A DNA stretch of 62,344 nt. It comes from an uncultured Bacilli bacterium (lineage in GTDB: Bacteria > Bacillota_I > Bacilli_A > RF39 > UBA660). Made by a program: the position numbers and the translations under genes. The stretch covers positions 1 to 62,344 of the forward strand of contig CANQAK010000004.1 of assembly GCA_947589495.1 (NCBI GenBank), written 5' to 3'. Below are positions 37,153 to 44,929 of this stretch, one piece after another (positions within the stretch are counted from its first letter, which is position 1; each line of letters starts with the position of its first letter). A model generated the notes under the pieces. That model did no database searches and was not told the origin of the DNA. It was given only the letters and a program-made list of their open reading frames with translations.

Positions 37153-37175
37153 AACTTTATGTTCTATTTTTTTTT
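37151..37175 (+). terminator. intrinsic terminator of uppP
   Basis: Hairpin agaac-tttat-gttct is followed by a T-run. Confidence 0.6.
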
Positions 37176-37185
37176 AATAAAAAAA

Positions 37186-37244
37186 GGGAGTTAGTTAGAC
37201 TCCCAGGGTTAAGTTAAGTCTATTTTAACGTCTTCGTTGACGAG
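37186..37244. repeat. structured ~60-nt 3' element, copy 1 (orphan)
   Basis: gggagTtagttagActccc agggttaagttaagtctattttaacgtcttcgttgacgag. Relative to copies 2 and 3, the first hairpin keeps its stem while the loop differs. Confidence 0.8.
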
Positions 37245-37378
37245 TAAATAAAAATTCATTTACTTATAGTATTTTATAATATTTATTATTATTTGTAAAT
37301 CCTAAATTTTTATACACTTATATTGTATCAATTTTATTGAATAATGTAAAATACTTTTAATAATATTTCATAAAAAAA

Positions 37379-37438
37379 GGGAGGTCGTTACTTCTCCCAG
37401 GGTTAAGTTAAATCTATTTTAACGTCTTCGTTGACGAG
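37379..37438. repeat. structured ~60-nt 3' element, copy 2 (directly downstream of paralogue 3)
   Basis: gggaggtcgttacttctccc agggttaagttaaatctattttaacgtcttcgttgacgag. On the minus strand, GGGAG..CTCCC followed by a U-run acts as a terminator for 37466..39598. Confidence 0.8.
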
Positions 37439-37465
37439 TTTTTTTTATTTTACTTATTTAGTATT

Positions 37466-39598
37466 TTATGAATTTGCTATGTAGAATGGTTCTGAGGTTG
37501 TACCTGCTCCTTCTAACGTTATATCAGAGGTTAGATAGAAGACTGGTCGTACATCATTCTTAGCCTCTAAGCCGTTTCCGTTGACACTGCCTTCCTGATT
37601 TACGATCCACGTATTAAACCAATCGTACGCTCTATCTCGACCAACACGAGTCATCGTCCATTCATAATTCGACGTTGTTTCTGCATTTTTACTCATATGC
37701 ATCCAACCATTATCTTTACATACTCCAGATTGGTTAGTTTTAGGATGACAATTATCTGATGTTGATTGATAATAATAATCATGTAAATACATTAATCCTA
37801 TTTTTGCTTTATTACTCATTTTTTGCCATCTTCCTGTTTCTACTTCACCAGTTACCCTTTTTGGATAATAATGGCTATCTAGTTGACCTGTTTCTATCTT
37901 CCAAATCTCTTTCGCTGATGTATTTGCATAATCAATATATATATCTCCATAATACCATTCCCAGTCTTCAATTTTATTCTGTATTCCACTAGTCAATTTA
38001 CTTAAAAACGAATCACTATTTCCGTTTAATGTTGTGTATATAGTACTTGCTGGCCATTCCGGGCATCCTCCACCTAGTCCACATGTTGAATCTTTATAGT
38101 TTGTATTCCATGCATATTTTCCTATACTTGTTTGTTTCATTACTTTTATATTTCCTGATGGTGTTACTCCTATAATTCTATACATATTATCATCGTAGCC
38201 ATTTTCTTTTGCACTAGTACATTCATTTGATCCTACTCCGCTCAAACATATAAAGTTGTTTACATTATTACCTTTTAATGTGTCTGTTCCTTGATATCTA
38301 TATATTCCTCCGACTAATGTCGAACTTAATGTTTTTGTTGTATCTTTACTTCTTAATGTGTTTTCTAAATCTGTTACTATTGTAAATGGTTCTTCTAATG
38401 TTCCTTTTCCTTCTACTTCTATATCATTTTTCAAATAGAAAACAGGGCGAACCACATACATATTGTTTAACTCATTCCCGCCAGCCACAACACCATTCGG
38501 GTTCACACTCCACGCACGGAAAATAGAACCAGTGGTACCACTCCGACCCTCACGCGACATAGTCCATTCTATATCAGATGATGTTCCTCCATTCTTTGAT
38601 ATATGCATCCATCCTTGACTTACACAATCTTCATAATTATTATTTTTTGTGCTATGACAACTCTCTTGGTTTGCTTGGTAATAATAATCATGTAAGTACA
38701 TTAATCCTATATTGGCTTTTTCTTCCATTTGAATCCATCTTTTGTCTGTTACTTCTTCTTTATTATTTGAATTATGTCCATAGTATTTTGTATCTTTTTG
38801 ACCTGTTTCTACTTGATATACTTCATTTGCTATTAGTGTTCCTACAAAATTAAAGTGCATATCACCATACCACCACTTTTGGGGTTCTATTTTATTTTGT
38901 ATATTTTTATCTAATGTATTATAAAATGTATTATTTAATGTTGTAAATATATCACTTTCTGGCCATTCTGGACAACTATCATCTCCACACTTTGAATCAT
39001 TAGAATTTTCGTTCCATCTATATTTACTTGTTCCACTATTTGTAAATTTTGTTTGCTTTATTATCTTTATATTTCCTTCTGGTGTTACTCCAATTATCCT
39101 GTACATATCATCACTTTGATTTAAACAATCACTTCCTAAACATATATAATTATTAACTTTATCATTTGTTCCTTGATATCTATACATTCCTCCGATTAAA
39201 ATTTTACTTAATGTATTTGTTGTGTCAACTTCTCTTAATTGTTTTACCATTTTAGATTCTTTGTCAAAATATAAATAACAATAGGATGTTTTATTTGAAA
39301 TAAGTGTTACTTTATTACTTTCTGAATCATATGTTAAACTGTTTTCAATTTTGACTCCATTATTATCCATACATCCTGATTTTTCTGTATTTAATACATA
39401 ACCTTTTTCAGGAAACGTCGATTGTTCAGTATATTCTCCACTATCATTTTGAAGCATTATCGCAAACATATTATTTTTTTCTACTTCTTTCAAACTTACT
39501 GTATCCAATGTTGCATTTGCCGATTTATTTTTGTTTATAAAAACTATACTTGTTGTTAATAATAATATTAATATAGAAATTATTCCAATTTTTTTCAT
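37466..39598 (-). CDS. variable surface protein paralogue 3 with two tandem C-terminal modules
   Basis: 710 aa: a signal anchor plus N-domain, then two complete copies of the GG(M/I)YRYQG...RPVFYL...EPF(T/Y)I module. The first ends near aa 410 at EPFTIVT. Each module has its own hypervariable segment. Confidence 0.8.
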   Translation of the reverse strand: MKKIGIISILILLLTTSIVFINKNKSANATLDTVSLKEVEKNNMFAIMLQNDSGEYTEQSTFPEKGYVLNTEKSGCMDNNGVKIENSLTYDSESNKVTLISNKTSYCYLYFDKESKMVKQLREVDTTNTLSKILIGGMYRYQGTNDKVNNYICLGSDCLNQSDDMYRIIGVTPEGNIKIIKQTKFTNSGTSKYRWNENSNDSKCGDDSCPEWPESDIFTTLNNTFYNTLDKNIQNKIEPQKWWYGDMHFNFVGTLIANEVYQVETGQKDTKYYGHNSNNKEEVTDKRWIQMEEKANIGLMYLHDYYYQANQESCHSTKNNNYEDCVSQGWMHISKNGGTSSDIEWTMSREGRSGTTGSIFRAWSVNPNGVVAGGNELNNMYVVRPVFYLKNDIEVEGKGTLEEPFTIVTDLENTLRSKDTTKTLSSTLVGGIYRYQGTDTLKGNNVNNFICLSGVGSNECTSAKENGYDDNMYRIIGVTPSGNIKVMKQTSIGKYAWNTNYKDSTCGLGGGCPEWPASTIYTTLNGNSDSFLSKLTSGIQNKIEDWEWYYGDIYIDYANTSAKEIWKIETGQLDSHYYPKRVTGEVETGRWQKMSNKAKIGLMYLHDYYYQSTSDNCHPKTNQSGVCKDNGWMHMSKNAETTSNYEWTMTRVGRDRAYDWFNTWIVNQEGSVNGNGLEAKNDVRPVFYLTSDITLEGAGTTSEPFYIANS

Positions 39599-39654
39599 GC
39601 AACTTCTCCTTACATCAAATTTGTTTATCGTATTATGTTACGAGTTTCAACATA

Positions 39655-39683
39655 ATTATAATCGTAAAATGCTACGATGTCAA
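39655..39683 (-). promoter_or_regulatory. consensus sigma-A promoter of paralogue 3
   Basis: The minus strand reads TTGACA (39678..39683) - 17 nt - TATAAT (39655..39660). An AAGGAG RBS precedes the ATG at 39598. There is no homopolymer. Confidence 0.65.
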
Positions 39684-39700
39684 TAAGGAGTTTAAAAAAT

Positions 39701-39919
39701 ATGAAAATAGATGTTAAAAAGTATAAAACAAATGAAATATTTAAGTTTATAAGACAAGCTACTAATTTGACTCAAGAAGAATTAGCTAAAAAAGTTAATA
39801 TTAGTAAAAGTTCTATTGAGAAATATGAATATGGTACTGTTAATTATACATTTGAAACGCTTGTTAAAATAGCTAAAGCTTGTGATTTAGATATATTTAT
39901 AGTAAGTAAAAAGAAATAG
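39701..39919 (+). CDS. XRE-family helix-turn-helix transcriptional regulator
   Basis: The HTH_3 pattern is FIRQATNLTQEELAKKVNISKSSIEKYEYG. The track start is 39677. The ATG at 39701 with AAGGAG 10 nt upstream is preferred. Confidence 0.7.
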   Translation: MKIDVKKYKTNEIFKFIRQATNLTQEELAKKVNISKSSIEKYEYGTVNYTFETLVKIAKACDLDIFIVSKKK

Positions 39920-39933
39920 GTTACTATTTCTTT

Positions 39934-41160
39934 TTACTTACATATAGCTAGATAATATTTCTTTTTACCTTTTTTAATTAAATATACTTTATTATCTATA
40001 GCATTTTCTTTTTTAACTAAATATGTTGGATCATTTATTTTTTTATTATTTAAACTAATTGCATTACCCCCTACAAGTTCTCTTGCTTCTCTTTTACTAG
40101 AACATATTTTACTATTTACAAGTAAATCTTCTAAAAGACAATCTTCTTCTAAATCAATATGTTCCATGTCTTTAAAATTATTTAAGATATCATTAGCAGA
40201 TAATTTAGTTATATCTTCACTAAATAAAGCTTTACTCATTATTTTAGCTTTATTAAATTCTTCTTCTCCATGTAAGAAAGTAATTATTTCTTTAGCAAGT
40301 ATTTCTTGAGCCATTCTTTTTTCTGGTTCTTTTTTATGTTCTTCTTCTATTTTATCAATTTCTTCTTTAGATAAAAATGTTAACATCTTTAAATATTTAA
40401 TAACTATTTTATCACTAGTATTAATTAAATATTGGTATAATTCATAACTAGATGTTTTATTTTTATCAAGCCATAAGGCATTGCCTTCAGTTTTACCAAA
40501 TTTAACTCCATTAGCATCAAGAACAAGTGGCATAGTCATACCATATAATTCAACATCTTCTTTTTTACGTGCTAATTCTATACCAGTTGTAATATTACCC
40601 CATTGATCTGATCCTGCAACTTGAAGAGTAACACCCTTATCTTTATATAGTTGGACAAAGTCCATACCTTGTAAAATAGTATAAGCAAACTCACAAAAAG
40701 TAATACCTGATTCTAATCTTCTATTAATAATATCTTTATCTAACATATAATTAACATTAATATATTTACCATAATCTCTTAAAAAATCTAAAACTGATAA
40801 ATTTTTAGTCCAGTCATAATTATTTACAACTTCAAAACCAAATATTTCTTTTGCTTGACGAGTCAATCCTTCAACATTTTTTTGTACAAGTTCTTTAGAA
40901 ATCATTTGTCTTTCATTAGATGGTTTAGGATCTCCGATTAACCCTGTTGCTCCCCCAATTAATAAAATAGGTTTATGACCGTACTTAGCAAGCCTAGAAG
41001 CAATTAAAAATGATGAAAAATGACCAATATGCATTGAATCTGCAGTGGGATCAGTTCCAATATAAAAAGTTAATTTCTCTTCATTTAATTTCTTTTCTAA
41101 AAGAGGACTACTAATATCTTTAATAAGTCCACGCCATTTTAAATCTTCAAAACAATTCAT
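39934..41160 (-). CDS. tyrS: tyrosine--tRNA ligase
   Basis: 408 aa. It has the HIGH motif (MHIGH), the KMSKS-type motif KFGKTEG and a C-terminal S4-like domain. A T-box leader with UAC triplets lies upstream. Confidence 0.9.
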   Translation of the reverse strand: MNCFEDLKWRGLIKDISSPLLEKKLNEEKLTFYIGTDPTADSMHIGHFSSFLIASRLAKYGHKPILLIGGATGLIGDPKPSNERQMISKELVQKNVEGLTRQAKEIFGFEVVNNYDWTKNLSVLDFLRDYGKYINVNYMLDKDIINRRLESGITFCEFAYTILQGMDFVQLYKDKGVTLQVAGSDQWGNITTGIELARKKEDVELYGMTMPLVLDANGVKFGKTEGNALWLDKNKTSSYELYQYLINTSDKIVIKYLKMLTFLSKEEIDKIEEEHKKEPEKRMAQEILAKEIITFLHGEEEFNKAKIMSKALFSEDITKLSANDILNNFKDMEHIDLEEDCLLEDLLVNSKICSSKREARELVGGNAISLNNKKINDPTYLVKKENAIDNKVYLIKKGKKKYYLAICK

Positions 41161-41164
41161 AAAA

Positions 41165-41395
41165 AATCTCTCCTTTAAAATAAAAATTCATAAATTAAGA
41201 TTTAAGGACGAATTAATATCCGCGGTACCACCTTAATTTATGAATTAAACATACACTTTATTCTTGTAACGTAAGAAAACGATTTAGCTCCAGAGTCGTA
41301 AATTCCATCAGCACTAACAATTAAATTATACAATTATTTTCTTTAAATAGCAAATTATATTAATTTATTCCATCTAAACAATTATCATAAATCCA
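41165..41395 (-). promoter_or_regulatory. T-box leader (tRNA-Tyr responsive) upstream of tyrS
   Basis: The minus strand carries the T-box sequence ttaaGGTGGTACCGCG at 41221..41236. A 15-bp perfect terminator helix (41185..41199 with 41232..41246) is followed by a U-run. UAC triplets occur in the candidate specifier region around 41262..41275. Confidence 0.8.
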
Positions 41396-41398
41396 TTT

Positions 41399-42121
41399 TT
41401 ACATTTCAATATCAACATTATGATAAATTTCTGTTACATCATCAATAATATCTAACATATTATAAAGTTTTTTAAATGTTTCAGCATCTTCACCATCTAA
41501 AGTAATTTTTTCTTTAGGAAACATTCCTACTTGATCTATTTCATATTCTACATTAGGAATAAATTTTTCTACTACATCTTTAACTTTATCATGATCATTT
41601 GGTTTCATAGTAATAGTTACTTCATCATTTTCTACTTCATAATCAATTATTTCTATACCTTCATTTAAAAGATTTTCAAATAACTCATCACTTTTATCAC
41701 ACTTAAATGTTAAAACTCCAATATAATCATAATTATATGAAACAGAATTAGTTACTCCTAAACTTTTACCTACTTTATTAAAAGCAGCCCTTACTTCTCC
41801 AACAGTTCTATTAACATTATCTGTTAAACATTTAATTATTAAGGTAGATGCTCCAGGACCAAATCCTTCATAAACAACTTCTTGATAGTCTTCATTAGAT
41901 CCACCTTTAGCTTTTTCAATAGCTCTATTAATAATATCATTAGGTACTTGTTGTTTTTTAGCTTTTTCTACTATTCTTTTTAAAACAATATTAGAATCTA
42001 TTTCAGGTACCCCTTTTTTAGCAGCTAAATAAATTTCTTTAGCAAACGTAGTATAAATTTTTCCTCTAGCTGCTCCCGTTTTTTGTATACTATACTTTCT
42101 TACTTCATATGCTCTTCCCAT
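41399..42121 (-). CDS. YebC/PmpR-family transcriptional regulator (YeeN-like)
   Basis: 240 aa. The N-terminal pattern is MGRAYEVRK...IYTTFAKEIYLAAKKG...NRAIEKAKG. Confidence 0.8.
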   Translation of the reverse strand: MGRAYEVRKYSIQKTGAARGKIYTTFAKEIYLAAKKGVPEIDSNIVLKRIVEKAKKQQVPNDIINRAIEKAKGGSNEDYQEVVYEGFGPGASTLIIKCLTDNVNRTVGEVRAAFNKVGKSLGVTNSVSYNYDYIGVLTFKCDKSDELFENLLNEGIEIIDYEVENDEVTITMKPNDHDKVKDVVEKFIPNVEYEIDQVGMFPKEKITLDGEDAETFKKLYNMLDIIDDVTEIYHNVDIEM

Positions 42122-42130
42122 AAATTCCTC

Positions 42131-43180
42131 CTATAAAAATTTTAAATTTCTTATAAAATCATAAACAAAATGTTTATTTTTAGTATATTTTTTAACATAT
42201 TTTATTTCATCCATAATTTTATAAATTTTAAAATAAGTAAAATTCTCTTTAATCATAACATATTCTAAAGCTTTTATAATAACATCTTTATTATTTTCTG
42301 CTCTAAAATATTTTTTTACTTTAGTGATTAAATCAACATTTACTTTCCTCGCTAAAGTATTATACCAAAACATTGAGTGTTTTTTAAAGATAAAATTATA
42401 TCCATCATAATTTTTTAATAATTTTAATGTATCATAATATCCTAATTTAATATTTTCATTTATTTTACTTTTATTAACATTTAAAGTACTTCCTAAAAAT
42501 CTTGAAGGAGTAATTTTAATTACTCTATCTTGATATTCTTTTTTTACTTTTTGACTTTTACCAATCCCTTGTATTTCTACTGAATATATTTTATCATAAC
42601 CTTTTTCTATTAACATATTTATAGGGTTATTATCATAAAATCCTCCATCAATATAATATTTATTATCAATAAATTTTTCCATTTTAAAAATTGGTAAATT
42701 ACAACTTGCTAATATATATTCTGGTATATGCCCTTTTTTCATATCTTTTTTAAACAAATAAAGGGGTTTTAAATCATTAACTCTTACAGTTACGAGTCCA
42801 TAATCCATTTTACTTTTTCTTATTTTTTCTTCATCAATCATTTCTTTTAAAATATTTTTTAAATTTTTATTATCAATTCCTTTATTTTGAATAATTAAAG
42901 TCATTTGTTCAATTCCATAAATTAATTCTTTAAATTTATCTTCATTATTAACACTTTCTGTATATTTAGTATTAAAATTTAATAATTCTCCAATATCAAC
43001 ATTTTTCCAAAAATTATATAATTCTTGTTCCATACCACTGACAATTAAAGCAGCATTAAAAGACCCAATTGAAGTACCTACTACTCCATCAATATTTATT
43101 CCACATTTTTTAAAGGCTAAATAAGCCCCTACTTGATAAGAACCTTTAGTTCCTCCGCCAGCTAACACAAGTCCTGTCAT
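42131..43180 (-). CDS. patatin-like phospholipase
   Basis: It has GGGTKGSYQVG (oxyanion hole), GTSIGS (GxSxG) and the DGG motif. Confidence 0.75.
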   Translation of the reverse strand: MTGLVLAGGGTKGSYQVGAYLAFKKCGINIDGVVGTSIGSFNAALIVSGMEQELYNFWKNVDIGELLNFNTKYTESVNNEDKFKELIYGIEQMTLIIQNKGIDNKNLKNILKEMIDEEKIRKSKMDYGLVTVRVNDLKPLYLFKKDMKKGHIPEYILASCNLPIFKMEKFIDNKYYIDGGFYDNNPINMLIEKGYDKIYSVEIQGIGKSQKVKKEYQDRVIKITPSRFLGSTLNVNKSKINENIKLGYYDTLKLLKNYDGYNFIFKKHSMFWYNTLARKVNVDLITKVKKYFRAENNKDVIIKALEYVMIKENFTYFKIYKIMDEIKYVKKYTKNKHFVYDFIRNLKFL

Positions 43181-43183
43181 AAA

Positions 43184-44116
43184 TTACCCCTTAATTCTTT
43201 TTATATATAATAATGGTTTAGCTAATATTTTTTGAACTTTTCTTTTTTTACCAACATTATTTAATCTTCTATAATAATTATATAAACTATCATTTCTATA
43301 ATGAATTATATTTTCTAAATTATCACTATCAGATAAAATTGGACTTAAATAATCTTTATCTAAAAATATTCTGGATAAAATATATCTTAAACTTATTCCA
43401 TAGTTTTCTAATATCTTTTTTAATAAATCATCATAAATAATTCTTCCATCTTTACCTAATCCTACATTAAATATCTTTTTATTTAATTCTTTTTTATAAT
43501 CAATAGCTTTCACAAACGCATAAGCAGCATCTTTATTAGTAGTAACTTCCACTAGTAAATTTTTCTTTACATTATACATAAATGGTAAATCTTTAATATT
43601 ATTTAATACTAATGGTAATCTAAATATTGTATAATTTTTTAATTTTTTAATAATTAATTGTTCTGTTAAATATTTATTATAACTATAGTTAGTTAATGAT
43701 GAAGAAATAACTTTTTCTTTAATACTTCCACTTAAACTACTATCATATAGTGAAGTAGTTGATGCATATATTAAAAAACATTTTTCATTATAATAATTAA
43801 TTGCTTTAATTATATTTTCTGTTCCATTATAATCAACTATTTCACCAACTCTTTTATTAAAATCACTTAAAGGTGGCATAATACTTGCTAAATGAATAAT
43901 ATAATCATGTCCTTTAACTAATGCTTCAATTAAAATAGAATCATTAACATCTCCATAAATAATATTTATTCTTCTTCGATATTTTTTTAATCTTTTAATA
44001 GTTTTCTTATTTTTTAAATCAAGAGCAGTTATTTCATATTTACCTTCACTTAATAAATATTTTATTACTTCTAGTCCTATACTTCCAGCAGCTCCTGTTA
44101 CTAATACTTTTTTCAT
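43184..44116 (-). CDS. NAD(P)-dependent epimerase/dehydratase family protein
   Basis: It has the Rossmann motif VLVTGAAGSIG and SDR-extended length. Confidence 0.65.
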   Translation of the reverse strand: MKKVLVTGAAGSIGLEVIKYLLSEGKYEITALDLKNKKTIKRLKKYRRRINIIYGDVNDSILIEALVKGHDYIIHLASIMPPLSDFNKRVGEIVDYNGTENIIKAINYYNEKCFLIYASTTSLYDSSLSGSIKEKVISSSLTNYSYNKYLTEQLIIKKLKNYTIFRLPLVLNNIKDLPFMYNVKKNLLVEVTTNKDAAYAFVKAIDYKKELNKKIFNVGLGKDGRIIYDDLLKKILENYGISLRYILSRIFLDKDYLSPILSDSDNLENIIHYRNDSLYNYYRRLNNVGKKRKVQKILAKPLLYIKRIKG

Positions 44117-44133
44117 AAATTTTCACCCAACAC

Positions 44134-44871
44134 TTATATCCATTTTATTAAATAAGTTATAAATAATACTATTATACCTACTATTATACCATAACCTGTC
44201 TCTTTTTTCTTTAAAGAATTTTTAATTTCTCCATATAATTCAAATATTAAAATATATAAAAGCATTCCAAATGTTAATGCAATTAATATACTTATAATAA
44301 ATTCATTTAATGAACCAAATATCATAATAAAAATAGCCCCAATAAAAGAACTTAAACATAAAAGTATTATTAAAAATTTATTATTACTTTTATTATTAAT
44401 TAAATTACCTATTTGAAACCCTAATGGTATATTATGTAAAGAAATACTTATTGCCATTAAAACCCCTGATAAAGGTTCATTTAAAGCAATTGTGTATAAG
44501 GTTACTCCCTCGATTAAATTATGTATAACTAAAGCAACCATTGTAATAATACCTATATGTTCTAAATGTTCTTCTTTAACAGTTTTATTCTTCGTATGTT
44601 CATGAGAATGATGAGGAATTAATTTATCTAACAATATAAATATTATAAATCCTAATATTAATGGAATAATTAACAATATATTATTAAATTCTAATAATTC
44701 ATCTAATAAATCAAATAATAATAGTCCTAATAATACAACAAATGCTAAAGACATTGTAAAATTAAGCATTTTTTCTTTATGTTTTACATTTTTTAAAACT
44801 ATTATTCCTACTAAAAAAGAAAGTCCTGTTAATATAGCTAAAATTAAACTTAGGGCCATAAATATCACCAT
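44134..44871 (-). CDS. ZIP-family metal (zinc) transporter
   Basis: 245 aa and polytopic. It has the His-rich loop HHSHEH and the HNIPLG motif. Confidence 0.65.
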   Translation of the reverse strand: MVIFMALSLILAILTGLSFLVGIIVLKNVKHKEKMLNFTMSLAFVVLLGLLLFDLLDELLEFNNILLIIPLILGFIIFILLDKLIPHHSHEHTKNKTVKEEHLEHIGIITMVALVIHNLIEGVTLYTIALNEPLSGVLMAISISLHNIPLGFQIGNLINNKSNNKFLIILLCLSSFIGAIFIMIFGSLNEFIISILIALTFGMLLYILIFELYGEIKNSLKKKETGYGIIVGIIVLFITYLIKWI

Positions 44872-44929
44872 TTAAATTTTAACACTATTCAATAAAAAAA
44901 GATATGGTAAATCCATATCCTTTATTAAA

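Noticed and set aside
37248-37378. A plus-strand small RNA starting at a TTGTAT-18-TGnTAAAAT promoter (37323..37352) and ending at the T-run after element copy 2.
   Set aside because: This remains possible. The simpler reading is that the element is the 3' UTR and terminator of the minus-strand paralogue, because the same element follows the truncated copy at 61.7 kb, where no such plus-strand promoter is evident.
31277-39598. A classical, self-contained diversity-generating retroelement (RT + template repeat + variable repeat) in this window.
   Set aside because: No ORF in the six-frame track resembles a reverse transcriptase or an Avd-like accessory protein. No non-coding A-rich copy of the variable segments is present. 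The five variable segments also differ from one another at roughly 40% or more of positions, including positions that could not all be adenines in one shared template. A trans-acting DGR elsewhere in the genome cannot be excluded, so it is kept only as a hypothesis in the findings.
30960-39700. The paralogue region as a prophage, transposon or integrative element.
   Set aside because: No integrase, transposase, recombinase, terminal inverted repeats or phage structural genes are visible. uppP and other core genes are interspersed.
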